A stretch of DNA of 49,784 nucleotides from Planctomycetaceae bacterium (GCA_046086245.1 JBJSXB010000257.1:1-49784); one strand, 5' to 3'. Shown: positions 7,754 through 16,982, numbered from the stretch's first letter. The notes: generated from the sequence alone by a model not told the origin. Made by a program: numbers and translations.

Positions 7754-9181
7754 ATGACGTCCACCACCGCCGAACACCAGCCGGGACGGATCGTCGTCGT
7801 CGACGACGATCGACGCGCGGCGTCGGCCCAGGCGCGATGGTTGTGCGACCGCGGGTGGCATGCGCGGGCGGCCGGAAGCTTGGCCGAGGCGGAGCGGGCG
7901 CTCGCGCGGGCACGCTGCGACGTGTGCCTCGTGGATGGCGGCCTGGAAGGGGTGGCGCGGTTCGTCGCCACCCTGGCGACGCGGTCGCCCGCCACTGCGA
8001 CGGTCGTCGTCGGCGCACCGCACGGCGCCCCGGCCGCGGCGAACGGCGCCGATGCGATCGTCGCCCCGGGCGCCGCCGATGCCACGCTGCTCGCCGCGAT
8101 CGACGCAGCCCGACGGACCGCCGCGACGCGCGATCGTGTGCCCGCAGTTGGACCACTCGGCGCGGATGCGGGAGTCGTCGCCGCCTTCGCGACGGCGACG
8201 CGGATCGCCGGCAGCGACGCGACGGTCCTCATCACCGGAGAAAGCGGTACCGGCAAGTCGCTGCTCGCCCGCAGCCTGCACGCAGCCAGTCCCCGCGCAT
8301 CGCGACCGCTGGTGGAGGTGTCGTGCGGAAGCCTCGCCGAACCGCTCCTCGACAGCGAGTTGTTCGGCCATGTCGCCGGGTCGTTCACCGGTGCCCATGC
8401 CGATCGGCCGGGCCGGTTCGCCGAAGCGGACGGGGGCACGATCTTTCTCGACGAGATCGCCACCGCGTCCCCCGCGCTGCAGGTGCGACTGCTGCGCGTG
8501 CTGCAAGAGAGGCGGCTCGAGCCGGTGGGAAGCGGCCGGACACGGAGTGTCGACGTGCGCGTCGTGCTCGCCACCCACGAGGACTTGCCGGCGCTCGTCG
8601 CCGCGGGGCGCTTCCGTGAGGACCTCTACTGGCGGATCAACGTCATCACCATCGAATTGCCGCCGCTCCGCGACCGCGGTGCCGACGTGCTGCTGTTGGC
8701 GGAGTCCTTTCGCACCGCGGCCTGCCGTCGCCATGGGCGCATGGTCGAGGGTTTCACCCCGAACGCGCGCACGGCGCTCGAACACCACCGCTGGCCGGGA
8801 AACGTGCGTGAACTCGAGCATGCGATCCACCGCGCGGTGCTGCTCGGCACCGGGTCGCTGATCGACGTCGCCGACCTGCCGCCGGCGGTGGTGGCCGCCC
8901 CCCCGCGGGCCGCGGTCCTCAAGCAGGCGCTTGCCGATCCCGAGCGGCGACTGATCCTCGACGCCCTCCGCGCCCAGGGATGGCGGCGGGACGCCGCCGC
9001 CCGCCAACTCGGCATCAACCGCACCGCGCTCTACAAGAAGCTCAAACGGCTGGGGATCGACCCGCGATCACTCCCTTCCACGGGGACCGCGGCGGCGGGC
9101 GCGGCGATCACGGAAGACCCGCTTTCGATCCGACCGGTCGCCACGAGCACCGCCAGCCCCGCCGCCAGCGCCAGCCGGTAG
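7754..9181 (+). CDS. Sigma-54-dependent response regulator (NtrC family)
   Basis: Receiver domain (IVVVDDD ... CLVDGGL). AAA+ sigma-54 interaction domain ([46 protein letters not shown]). C-terminal Fis-type HTH ([21 protein letters not shown]). The start could instead be the GTG at 7727. Confidence 0.9.
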   Translation: MTSTTAEHQPGRIVVVDDDRRAASAQARWLCDRGWHARAAGSLAEAERALARARCDVCLVDGGLEGVARFVATLATRSPATATVVVGAPHGAPAAANGADAIVAPGAADATLLAAIDAARRTAATRDRVPAVGPLGADAGVVAAFATATRIAGSDATVLITGESGTGKSLLARSLHAASPRASRPLVEVSCGSLAEPLLDSELFGHVAGSFTGAHADRPGRFAEADGGTIFLDEIATASPALQVRLLRVLQERRLEPVGSGRTRSVDVRVVLATHEDLPALVAAGRFREDLYWRINVITIELPPLRDRGADVLLLAESFRTAACRRHGRMVEGFTPNARTALEHHRWPGNVRELEHAIHRAVLLGTGSLIDVADLPPAVVAAPPRAAVLKQALADPERRLILDALRAQGWRRDAAARQLGINRTALYKKLKRLGIDPRSLPSTGTAAAGAAITEDPLSIRPVATSTASPAASASR

Positions 9182-9969
9182 ACGACGAACGGCCACAGGC
9201 TCCGGGTGGCGAGCAGCCGCAGCAGCCAGCGGATCGCCACGAACCCGACGACGGCCGCGGCGAGCGTCCCCCAGGCCATCGCCGCCCGCGCCTCCGGCGT
9301 GCCGAGGATGGCGTCGCGTTCCTCGATCGCCTCGAGCACCGCGGCGGCGGTGATCGCCGGCAACGACAGGAGGAAGGAAAACCGTGCCGCGGTCGGCCGA
9401 TCGAGGCCGGCGAACATCCCCGCGGCGATCGTCACCCCGCTGCGCGACATACCGGGGAGCAGAGCCGCCGCCTGGGCACCGCCCATCACGAGCCCGTCAC
9501 GGAGGCCCACCCTGTCGATACCCGCGCGTCCCGCGTCGCCACCGCGTGCACGCCGCGCATACCACCATTCCGCCGCCGCCATCAGCACGGTGCCCACCAC
9601 GAGCGACCCGATGATCGACTCGATCGAGCGGAGCGGACCCTTGATGAACTCCTTGAAAGCGAGGCCACAGACGACGATCGGCACGGTGCCGACGAGAATC
9701 CACAGGCAGGTCCGCGCCTCGGGATTGGCCAACGGGCGCCCCGAAGCCAGACCGTGCAGGCAGCCGGCGAGCAGACGGCGGATGTCCCGCGCCATGACGG
9801 CGATCACTGCCGCCAGCGTGCCGAGTTGGAGGACCGCCGAAAACGCGCCGCCCGGGTCTCCCTGACCGAGCAGCGCGGGCACGATCCGCAGATGGGCCGT
9901 GCTCGAGATCGGCAGGAACTCGGTGAGCCCCTGGACCACGCCCAGGACGACAGCGTCGACGACCGTCAT
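9031..9969 (-). CDS. uppP: Undecaprenyl-diphosphate phosphatase
   Basis: Inner ATG ([27 protein letters not shown]...). The [11 protein letters not shown](T/S)(A/G)HL and [10 protein letters not shown] blocks are diagnostic of the BacA/UppP family. Confidence 0.9.
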   Translation of the reverse strand: MTVVDAVVLGVVQGLTEFLPISSTAHLRIVPALLGQGDPGGAFSAVLQLGTLAAVIAVMARDIRRLLAGCLHGLASGRPLANPEARTCLWILVGTVPIVVCGLAFKEFIKGPLRSIESIIGSLVVGTVLMAAAEWWYARRARGGDAGRAGIDRVGLRDGLVMGGAQAAALLPGMSRSGVTIAAGMFAGLDRPTAARFSFLLSLPAITAAAVLEAIEERDAILGTPEARAAMAWGTLAAAVVGFVAIRWLLRLLATRSLWPFVVYRLALAAGLAVLVATGRIESGSSVIAAPAAAVPVEGSDRGSIPSRLSFL

Positions 9970-10022
9970 CGCAGCGATCACGCCTGACTCCTCCGGGGGC
10001 CGGGTACGGGCACCGGGGCACC

Positions 10023-10051
10023 TTCCCACGGCCGCGCAGGCAGGGCATAAT
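10023..10051 (+). promoter_or_regulatory. Candidate sigma-70-type promoter (TTCCCA-N17-CATAAT)
   Basis: Hexamers read at 10023-10028 and 10046-10051 with a 17-nt spacer, about 40 nt upstream of the ATG at 10092. Pattern match only. Confidence 0.25.
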
Positions 10052-10091
10052 CCCAGATTCCCCTTCCGCCATCCAGGAGTCGACTGAGCGC

Positions 10092-11060
10092 ATGTTCCGG
10101 AACCTCAGCACCGTCGGTCTGCCCCTCTCCGGTCGCCCGAGCGAACTCATCGAACTAGCCCTCTCGTTCGGCTTCGACGGCATGGACATCGACATCGTCG
10201 ATTTCCATCGCCAGTCGGACATCTTCGGGGTGGAGCACGCACGGCGGTTGATGGTGTCGGCGCGGCTGAAGTCGGGAGTCTTCCACCTGCCGGTGAACCT
10301 CGAAGCACACCAAGAACGTTTCGACGCGCAGATGGCCGACGTGCCGCGGCGTCTGGAGCTGGCCAAGGCGACCGAACTGTCGCGGGCCGTCCTCCCCGTG
10401 GTGCCGGGCAGCGACGATCATTCCTTCAAGGACTTTTTCGAACTGCATCGCACGCGCCTGCACACGCTCGGCGAGATGGCCGCCAAACAGGGGGTGCAAA
10501 TCGGCCTGGTGCTCGTGCCCGAAACCGACGCCCGCGCCGGCAAGGGTCTGCAGTTCATCCACACCTACGAAGGACTTCTCGGACTCGTCGCCGTCTCCCA
10601 TCCGGCCATCGGCGTGGTGGTCGACGGCTGGGCGTTCGCCGTCACCGGTGAGCCGCTCGACATGATCGGGAAGATCCCGGCGGGCCGCATCGTCGAGGTG
10701 CGGATTTCGGACGCGCCCCGCGAGGTGCCCGGATCGGAGCTGCACCACGGGCAGCGTTTGATGCCCGGGGAGACCGGGGTCATCGACTCGGCGGCCATCC
10801 TCGGGCAGGCACGCGATGCGGGGTTCGACGGACCGGTCACGCCGTGGGCCGACCGTGCGACGCTCTCCGGTCGCGGCCGCGAGAAGATCGTGCGACTGGC
10901 CGGCGACCGCCTCGACGCAGCGTGGCGTGCCGCCGGGCTGCCGATCGTGCCGCGCTGGTTCGCCCCGGTGTCGCGCGAGTCGGGTCGTCCGGGCGAGGAG
11001 GGCACCCCTGCCCCTGTTCCCGCGACGGGGGCCGTTCCAAACCGCGCTCCCGCGTACTGA
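10092..11060 (+). CDS. Sugar phosphate isomerase/epimerase (xylose isomerase-like TIM barrel) family protein
   Basis: N-terminal ...ELIELALSFGFDGMDI... and the overall alternating beta/alpha pattern resemble the AP-endonuclease-2/xylose-isomerase-like TIM-barrel family. The opposite-strand ORF 10155..11288 is an Arg-rich shadow frame. Confidence 0.65.
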   Translation: MFRNLSTVGLPLSGRPSELIELALSFGFDGMDIDIVDFHRQSDIFGVEHARRLMVSARLKSGVFHLPVNLEAHQERFDAQMADVPRRLELAKATELSRAVLPVVPGSDDHSFKDFFELHRTRLHTLGEMAAKQGVQIGLVLVPETDARAGKGLQFIHTYEGLLGLVAVSHPAIGVVVDGWAFAVTGEPLDMIGKIPAGRIVEVRISDAPREVPGSELHHGQRLMPGETGVIDSAAILGQARDAGFDGPVTPWADRATLSGRGREKIVRLAGDRLDAAWRAAGLPIVPRWFAPVSRESGRPGEEGTPAPVPATGAVPNRAPAY

Positions 11061-11079
11061 CCGCCCCGGGGGCCGTGAC

Positions 11080-12021
11080 TCACGCCCCCTCGCGGATCCA
11101 GGTGATCTTCGGCGATCCGCCGCCATCGGCCGTGCTGCCGCGCGCGAACTCCGAGACGTAGCGGAGCATCTGCGCCGGCCGATCGGGATCGCGGAAGGCG
11201 TCCCCTTTTTGCAGGATCGGCAATTGATCGGGCATGCCGCCGAAGGCGCGCGATCCGGCCGCCTGACAGGGGAACCACCAGCCCTCACCCGTTTCCGTGA
11301 CCAGGTGGAACTCGGGGTAGCAATGCCCCTCGACCCACACGGTCCGCGCGGGCACGCCGCAGGCGCGCGATAGCGCGATGAACAGGCAGGTCAGCTCCTC
11401 GCAATCGCCCCAGCCATCGGCCAACGCACGAGCCGCCCCCTTGAGGGGACCGTTGCGGTATTCCACCTTCTCGCGCACCGCGTCGTAGAGCGACTCGACC
11501 AAAGCCCAGCCGGTGCGATCGCCGGCGGTCGCCTTCGCCAGCTTGACGATCTTCGGATGGCGGCTCTCGATGTACGGGCTCGGCGACAGGTAGGGGCGCA
11601 GGGTGCGGTCGGGCTTGTCCGGCACACGCAGTGAGGCGGTCTCCGCGGGCGGCAGGAGCGCGGCACGCTCCAGCGCGAACGTGACCACGGCGCGGGCCCG
11701 CTCGCCCGCGGGAAGGTCGGGAATCTCGACGATCGCCTGCTTCACGCCGCCGGGCAGGGAGCGATACCGGAGCGCCCGCACGTCGGGGGAGAGATCCTCG
11801 CTCTCGACCGAGACGTGCTGCTCCGGCCACTCGTCCGGCACCGGCATCGTGGCGTACAGATTGCGGCACGGCCCACCGACGGCGGTTACGCTCATGCCGA
11901 CGCGAAACCGCTGCGAGCGCACGTCGCCGAGGATCGGTCCACCAACCGTCGCGGGCGACTCCGGGAACTGCCCCTGCGCGTTCCACCCCGGCCATGCCGC
12001 CAGCACCATGCCACACACCAT
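11080..12021 (-). CDS. Transglutaminase-like cysteine protease-fold protein (exported)
   Basis: Core block GWGDCEELTCLFIALSRACGVPARTVWVEGHCYPEF (Cys ... His of the transglutaminase-like core). The start is taken at the inner ATG (MVCGMVLAAWPG...). The ORF stays open upstream to 12336, but that stretch covers the rpsA leader. Confidence 0.7.
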   Translation of the reverse strand: MVCGMVLAAWPGWNAQGQFPESPATVGGPILGDVRSQRFRVGMSVTAVGGPCRNLYATMPVPDEWPEQHVSVESEDLSPDVRALRYRSLPGGVKQAIVEIPDLPAGERARAVVTFALERAALLPPAETASLRVPDKPDRTLRPYLSPSPYIESRHPKIVKLAKATAGDRTGWALVESLYDAVREKVEYRNGPLKGAARALADGWGDCEELTCLFIALSRACGVPARTVWVEGHCYPEFHLVTETGEGWWFPCQAAGSRAFGGMPDQLPILQKGDAFRDPDRPAQMLRYVSEFARGSTADGGGSPKITWIREGA

Positions 12022-12210
12022 GCGGCGTCGCGGGAGCCCCCCGACGGCGGCTTGCGGTTGCCCGATCCCGGTGCGCGACACGGAAGCCTCCCGACGATGA
12101 CCTCGCCCCCCGTCTCCAAGCTCACTATCGGCGCGGGGCCGCATGTCGTTCCCGAGGGATACGCGCCGGTTGCGGCTGGGTAATCCGCACAACCGGGGCA
12201 AATGGCTCGA

Positions 12211-12239
12211 TTGTTCGCCCGTTCCCCGACTGTTAGACT
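12211..12239 (+). promoter_or_regulatory. Candidate rpsA promoter (TTGTTC-N17-TAGACT)
   Basis: Hexamers at 12211-12216 and 12234-12239 with a 17-nt spacer, in the locally lower-GC intergenic region about 100 nt upstream of rpsA. Pattern match only. Confidence 0.25.
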
Positions 12240-12303
12240 CCGGGTTTCCCCAGTGTTTGCCGACGTTTTCCGGGCCGTCCGTTCGGCCCGCGCCGGTGAG
12301 CCA

Positions 12304-12332
12304 TCTTTCCCCCTCCTTCCCCCCCTCCCCCC
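12304..12332 (+). promoter_or_regulatory. 29-nt all-pyrimidine (C/T) tract in the rpsA 5-prime leader
   Basis: Read directly: TCTTTCCCCCTCCTTCCCCCCCTCCCCCC, ending 6 nt before the rpsA ATG (12339). There is no purine-rich Shine-Dalgarno between it and the ATG. Confidence 0.45.
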
Positions 12333-12338
12333 ACACGC

Positions 12339-14027
12339 ATGGTCAACCGCAACCTCATCCGCGAACTGGAGATCGGCGACGAACTGGAACAGGAAATCGA
12401 TCGGGCGATGTCGGGCGCCGATGAGTCTGAATACGAGGGGGGCGGCGCGGCGCTGGCTGTCAATGCGGTCCTCGACGGCAAAGTGCTGCGGGTCGACGAC
12501 GAATTCGTGCTCGTCGACGTCGGCTACAAGAGCGAGGGCTACATCCCACGGAACGAGTGGGACGACACGGAGCCTCCGCCGCAGATCGGCGACACCGTCA
12601 AGGTGCTGCTCGAGGAGTTCGAGGACGGCGCGCTCGAGGAACAACGCGGCCTGATCACCCTCTCCAAGCGCAAGGCGCGGCGGATCGAGGATTGGCTGCG
12701 GGTGATGGAGAGCGTCAAGGAGAACGACGTCGTCACCGGCTTCGTCACCCGGAAGATCAAGGGTGGGCTGCTCGTCGACATCTCGGGCGTCAACGTCTTC
12801 CTGCCGGCCAGCCAGGTCGACATCCGGCGGCCTGCCGACATCGGTGACTACTGCGGACGTTGCATCCAGTGCCTCGTGCTCAAGATCGACGAGTCGCGGC
12901 GCAACATCGTCGTCTCGCGGCGGGCGCTCATCGAGCAGGAGCGTGCCGAACGCAAGAAACAACTCATGGAGACGCTCGAGGTCGGGCAGGTGCGCCGTGG
13001 CATCGTGAAGAACATCGCCGACTTCGGAGCCTTCGTCGACCTTGGCGGCATCGACGGTCTGCTGCACATCACCGACATGAGTTGGGGCCGGATCGGCCAT
13101 CCCAGCGAGATGGTGTCGATCGACCAGGAGATCGAGGTCCAGGTCCTGCACATCGACCGCGATCGCGAGAAGATCGCCCTCGGCATGAAGCAGCGCACCG
13201 CGAGCCCGTGGGCCAAGGTCGCCGACAAGTATCCGGTGGGCACCGTGTGCAAGGGCACGGTCGTCAACGTGATGAGCTACGGCGCCTTCGTGAAGCTGGA
13301 GGACGGAGTCGAGGGCCTGGTGCACATCAGCGAGATGAGTTGGACGAAGCGCGTCAGCCATCCCAGCGAACTGGTGAAGCCGGGCGACGAGGTCGAGGTC
13401 GTGGTGCTTGCCATCAACAAGGACAAGCAGGAAATCTCGTTGGGAATGAAGCAGACCCAGCAGAACCCCTGGGAGAAGGTGGCGGCCGACTACCCCCCCG
13501 GCGCCGTCGTCAAGGGCGTGGTGCGGAACCTCACCAATTACGGCGCCTTCATCGAGATCGACGATGGCATCGACGGGCTGCTGCACGTCACCGACATGTC
13601 GTGGACCCGCAAGGTCACCCACCCCAGCGAGATGGTGGACAAAGGGCAGGAAGTGGAGTGCAAGGTCCTGTCCGTCGACCAGCAGCGCCGGCGGATCGCG
13701 CTGGGCCTCAAGCAGATGAACGACGATCCGTGGACGACCGACATCCCCCACCGCTACAAGCCGGGGGACGTCGTCAAGGGAACGGTCACGAAGATCACCA
13801 ACTTCGGCGTCTTCGTCGGTCTCGAGGACGGCCTCGAGGGTCTGCTCCACATCTCCGAACTGTCGGACGACAAGGTGGAGAACGCCGAGGAAGTCGTGAA
13901 GGTCGGCGACCAGATCGACGTGAAAATCCTCCGCGTCGACACCGACGACCGGAAGATCGGCCTGAGCCGCAAGCGCGTCGGCTGGTCGCGTGAGCGCGAG
14001 GCACGCGAAGGCGAGGCGGAGTTCTGA
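12339..14027 (+). CDS. rpsA: 30S ribosomal protein S1
   Basis: Multiple successive S1 (OB-fold) repeats with the recurring G.V..i..fGaFV.l...i.GLlHiSe/d pattern (for example GIVKNIADFGAFVDLGGIDGLLHITDMSW and GTVVNVMSYGAFVKLEDGVEGLVHISEMSW). Confidence 0.95.
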   Translation: MVNRNLIRELEIGDELEQEIDRAMSGADESEYEGGGAALAVNAVLDGKVLRVDDEFVLVDVGYKSEGYIPRNEWDDTEPPPQIGDTVKVLLEEFEDGALEEQRGLITLSKRKARRIEDWLRVMESVKENDVVTGFVTRKIKGGLLVDISGVNVFLPASQVDIRRPADIGDYCGRCIQCLVLKIDESRRNIVVSRRALIEQERAERKKQLMETLEVGQVRRGIVKNIADFGAFVDLGGIDGLLHITDMSWGRIGHPSEMVSIDQEIEVQVLHIDRDREKIALGMKQRTASPWAKVADKYPVGTVCKGTVVNVMSYGAFVKLEDGVEGLVHISEMSWTKRVSHPSELVKPGDEVEVVVLAINKDKQEISLGMKQTQQNPWEKVAADYPPGAVVKGVVRNLTNYGAFIEIDDGIDGLLHVTDMSWTRKVTHPSEMVDKGQEVECKVLSVDQQRRRIALGLKQMNDDPWTTDIPHRYKPGDVVKGTVTKITNFGVFVGLEDGLEGLLHISELSDDKVENAEEVVKVGDQIDVKILRVDTDDRKIGLSRKRVGWSREREAREGEAEF

Positions 14028-14049
14028 TCGGCGGCATGCCGCGGCGGTG

Positions 14050-14167
14050 CACTGGCTCGCGTGACGCAGGATGTCACTGGCTCGCGTGACGCAGGATGTC
14101 ACTGGCTCGCGTGACGCAGGATGTCACTGGCTCGCGTGACGCAGGATGTCACTGGCTCGCGTGACGC
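14050..14167. repeat. Perfect tandem repeat, 25-bp unit (CACTGGCTCGCGTGACGCAGGATGT) x 4.7
   Basis: Units read at 14050, 14075, 14100 and 14125, with a partial fifth (18 nt) from 14150. All copies are identical. The period is not a multiple of 3. Each unit contains GTGAC and GTCAC pentamers. Confidence 0.95.
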
Positions 14168-14802
14168 TCGACCGCAAGAGCGAGGATTGGGCCGGTCGGG
14201 GTGCCGTAGGCCAGTCGGCCGCCCGTCTCCGACGCCGTCAAAGGGACGCGGTCGAGGGGCCGACCCACGCTGACGATCCCCGCCGTGATGCGCACCCGTC
14301 GGGGAGGCAGTGCCGACGTGCCTCCCGCCGACGAGACGACGTGACGGTATTCGAGCACGTCGGCGACGGCCGGATCGACGACGTCCAGCGCGATCAGTTC
14401 GACCGCGTGCCGAGGATCCCCCCGGCCCAGCCCTCCGGTCCAGACGAGGATCCGCGTTCCCGGTACGAGGTCGCCGATCCGAACCATCGCCGGGCCGTCG
14501 GTCGGAGGGGAGCCGATCGCCCGCTCGATCGGCGCGTCCGCCCCGGACGGATCGGTCGTCGGATCGAGTGGCAACGGCACCGTCGCCACGCCGGCCGACG
14601 GCGTGGAGGGGCCGGCAGCACCGCGCACGCCGGCGGTATCCACGGGGGCGATCGTGGCGGCCGCGGCGACCTGCTCGGGCGTCGTCGGGCCGGTATTGAC
14701 CAGTCGCGATACCTGCCGCATCACCCGGCCCACGTCGCCGGTGCAGACGAACCCCATGGCGAGCAGCGCCAGCAGGCAGCAGCGGATCAAAAACGACTGC
14801 AT
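14149..14802 (-). CDS. Exported protein, function unknown
   Basis: N-terminal signal-like MQSFLIRCCLLALLAMGFVCTG, followed by a Pro/Thr/Ala-rich linker and a C-terminal globular-looking part. The competing + strand ORF 14146..15465 is an Arg/Gly-rich shadow frame. The last five codons and the stop lie in the tandem repeat. Confidence 0.55.
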   Translation of the reverse strand: MQSFLIRCCLLALLAMGFVCTGDVGRVMRQVSRLVNTGPTTPEQVAAAATIAPVDTAGVRGAAGPSTPSAGVATVPLPLDPTTDPSGADAPIERAIGSPPTDGPAMVRIGDLVPGTRILVWTGGLGRGDPRHAVELIALDVVDPAVADVLEYRHVVSSAGGTSALPPRRVRITAGIVSVGRPLDRVPLTASETGGRLAYGTPTGPILALAVERHASQ

Positions 14803-15036
14803 GGGCGGCTCGGCGATCGTCCCGGCGGGGATCGATCACCCCGCCGAAAACCATACACCGGCATGCCGGGCGCGGTCGTCGAAAACCGGCCGCCGACTCC
14901 GCCGGCGGCAGAGCACGACGGTTGGAGCGAATGTCGCGACGCCGCCGATCGCAGCCGTGCCCGGTGTCACCGTCGCGGCAGGCGGCACCATCGCCTCGAC
15001 GGGCCGCCCGCCGCGTTGATGCCGCAACGGCGCCGG

Positions 15037-15714
15037 TCAGTCCATCTCGGCGAGGGCGGCAAGGACTTCATCGGCATGACCCGCCGGTTTGACGGTGGCG
15101 AACACCCGCACCAAACGGCCGTCACGGCCGATGATGAACGTGCTGCGTGCCACACCCATGAAGGACCGGCCGTACATGCTCTTGGCCCTCCACGCGCCGT
15201 AGCGGGAGGCGACCTCGTGCTCTTCGTCGGCCAGCAGCGTGAAGGGAAGGCGATGTTTCGCCCGGAAGCGGGCATGGCTCGCCGGCCCGTCGGGACTGAC
15301 GCCCAGCACCACGGCGCCCGCTTTGGCGAACCGTGCCTGGGCATCACGAAACCCGCAGGCTTCGACCGTACAGCCCGGTGTGTCGTCCTTGGGGTAGAAA
15401 TAGAGGACGACCGGTTTGCCGCGGAGGGATCGCAGGGCGAGCGGTGTGCCGTCGTGACTCGGTAGTTCAAAATCGGGGGCCGGTCGGCCGACGATCGGCC
15501 AGCCGTCACCCGTCGCCGCGGCCGGCTTCGCCGTTGTGCGTGCCCTGGTCGACGGAGCGGGCACGGCGGTGGCCGCCTTGCGTTTCGCCGCCGGCTTGGC
15601 GGCCGGCCGTGGCGGACTCACGCGACCGCCCGACGTGGCGGCCCGCGTGGCGACACGGGCGGAGGGGCGTTTTACGGCGGACGGCTTCGACTTCGGACGG
15701 GCCTTCTTGGCCAT
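15037..15714 (-). CDS. bcp: Thiol peroxidase / peroxiredoxin Bcp with Lys/Ala/Pro-rich N-terminal extension
   Basis: PDFELPSHDGTPLALRSLRGKPVVLYFYPKDDTPGCTVEACGFRD is the canonical Bcp/PrxQ active-site block (PxxxTxxC). The start is taken at the inner ATG (MAKKARPKSKPS...). An in-frame GTG (VSPPRPAAKP...) is an alternative. Confidence 0.85.
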   Translation of the reverse strand: MAKKARPKSKPSAVKRPSARVATRAATSGGRVSPPRPAAKPAAKRKAATAVPAPSTRARTTAKPAAATGDGWPIVGRPAPDFELPSHDGTPLALRSLRGKPVVLYFYPKDDTPGCTVEACGFRDAQARFAKAGAVVLGVSPDGPASHARFRAKHRLPFTLLADEEHEVASRYGAWRAKSMYGRSFMGVARSTFIIGRDGRLVRVFATVKPAGHADEVLAALAEMD

Positions 15715-15728
15715 CGGTGGCAACTCCC

Positions 15729-16982
15729 ATGGACGACGAACGTGATTCCGACCGGCATCGCGATGGTGACCATGGTCGGACCCTTGGCCAACCGGGGCGT
15801 TGTAGCGGTACGGCGCACGATCGGCCAGCACCCCGCCCGACCATCGCCGCGCTGCTGACACCCCCCGGTCGAGGCGCGTTGGCGGTCGTCGGTCTGGCCG
15901 GACCGGAGTCCATGGCGATTCTCGCCACCTGTTTCCGGCCCCACAGCCGCGGGCCGGCCGGCCGGCGCGTCATGGTCGGCCGCTGGGCACCGGTGGGGGA
16001 CGCTTCGGTCGGGGAAGAGGTGGTCGTGACGGTCGATCGCAGCCCGTCGAGCGACGTGATCGAGATCCACTGCCACGGCGGCGAAGCCGCCCCCGCCCAC
16101 GTTCTCGACGGACTGATGCGCGGGGGTGCGCGGCGCGTGGACTGGCGCGACTGGCTGGCCGACGTGGGCGAGACGACGATCGCGATCGAGGCCCGCGATG
16201 CCCTCTGTCGCGTCGGCGGCTCGAAGGGAGCCGCGATCCTCGGCCGCCAGTTCGCCGGGGCGCTCGACCGGGCCTTCGACGAACTTTGCCACCTCGTCGC
16301 GGCCGACCCCGACGGCGCGCGGACGCTGGCTATCCGATTGCTGTCGGCCTCGACCACCGGACTGCGGCTCGTGGACCCGTGGCGGGTGCTGGTGACCGGA
16401 CACGTGAATGTCGGCAAGAGCAGCCTCGTCAACGCGCTGGCCGGACACCCCCGGGCCCTCGTATCGCCCGAAGCGGGCACCACCCGCGACCTGCTGCCGA
16501 CGCGTGTCGTCCTCGAGGGCTGGGACATCGATGTCATCGATTCCGCCGGTCTGCGCCCGGACGGCGGACCGGTCCCCGCCACCGAGCGCAGCGGCATCGA
16601 CGCCGCCCGACGGGCGGCGATGCACGCCGATCTCGTGATCCGTGTGCACCCCGCCAACGAACTTCCCCTCCCTCCTCGACTGGCCGGCGAGATCCTCGTG
16701 CTCTCCAAGGCCGACCTCGGCGGAATCCGCGTCAGCGACGCGCCGCTCACGTCCGCGACCACCGGTCTGGGCATCGACGCGCTCGGCAGGGCGATCGTCG
16801 ATCGCCTCATCCCCTCGGCAAGGCACGATCCCGACCTGCTCGCGGGCGCCGTGCCATTCACCCGTCGCCACGTGGCAACGATCGAACGACTCGTCGCGAG
16901 CCTGCGAGACGCCGAGCACGCTCCACGCCACGCGGCCACCGCGGACCGACCGGCGATCCGCGCCGACGACGGCGCTCAATAG
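15729..16982 (+). CDS. mnmE: MnmE/TrmE-like tRNA-modification GTPase (atypical C-terminus)
   Basis: N-terminal TIAALLTPPGRGALAVVGLAGP (the MnmE IaAiaTppGrGgigiiRiSG block). G domain with G1 GHVNVGKSSLVNAL, G2 TTRD, G3 DSAGLR. The nearest in-frame start is the ATG at 15729. The canonical C-terminal C-I-G-K motif is absent. Confidence 0.7.
   Translation: MDDERDSDRHRDGDHGRTLGQPGRCSGTAHDRPAPRPTIAALLTPPGRGALAVVGLAGPESMAILATCFRPHSRGPAGRRVMVGRWAPVGDASVGEEVVVTVDRSPSSDVIEIHCHGGEAAPAHVLDGLMRGGARRVDWRDWLADVGETTIAIEARDALCRVGGSKGAAILGRQFAGALDRAFDELCHLVAADPDGARTLAIRLLSASTTGLRLVDPWRVLVTGHVNVGKSSLVNALAGHPRALVSPEAGTTRDLLPTRVVLEGWDIDVIDSAGLRPDGGPVPATERSGIDAARRAAMHADLVIRVHPANELPLPPRLAGEILVLSKADLGGIRVSDAPLTSATTGLGIDALGRAIVDRLIPSARHDPDLLAGAVPFTRRHVATIERLVASLRDAEHAPRHAATADRPAIRADDGAQ

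Noticed and set aside
11892-14102. 736-aa minus-strand ORF
   Set aside because: It is antisense to rpsA, whose S1-domain repeats are unambiguous. This is a shadow frame.
14050-14167. Possibility that the 25-bp repeat array is a CRISPR array
   Set aside because: The repeats are directly adjacent with no unique spacers between them, and no cas genes are present. It is a simple tandem repeat.
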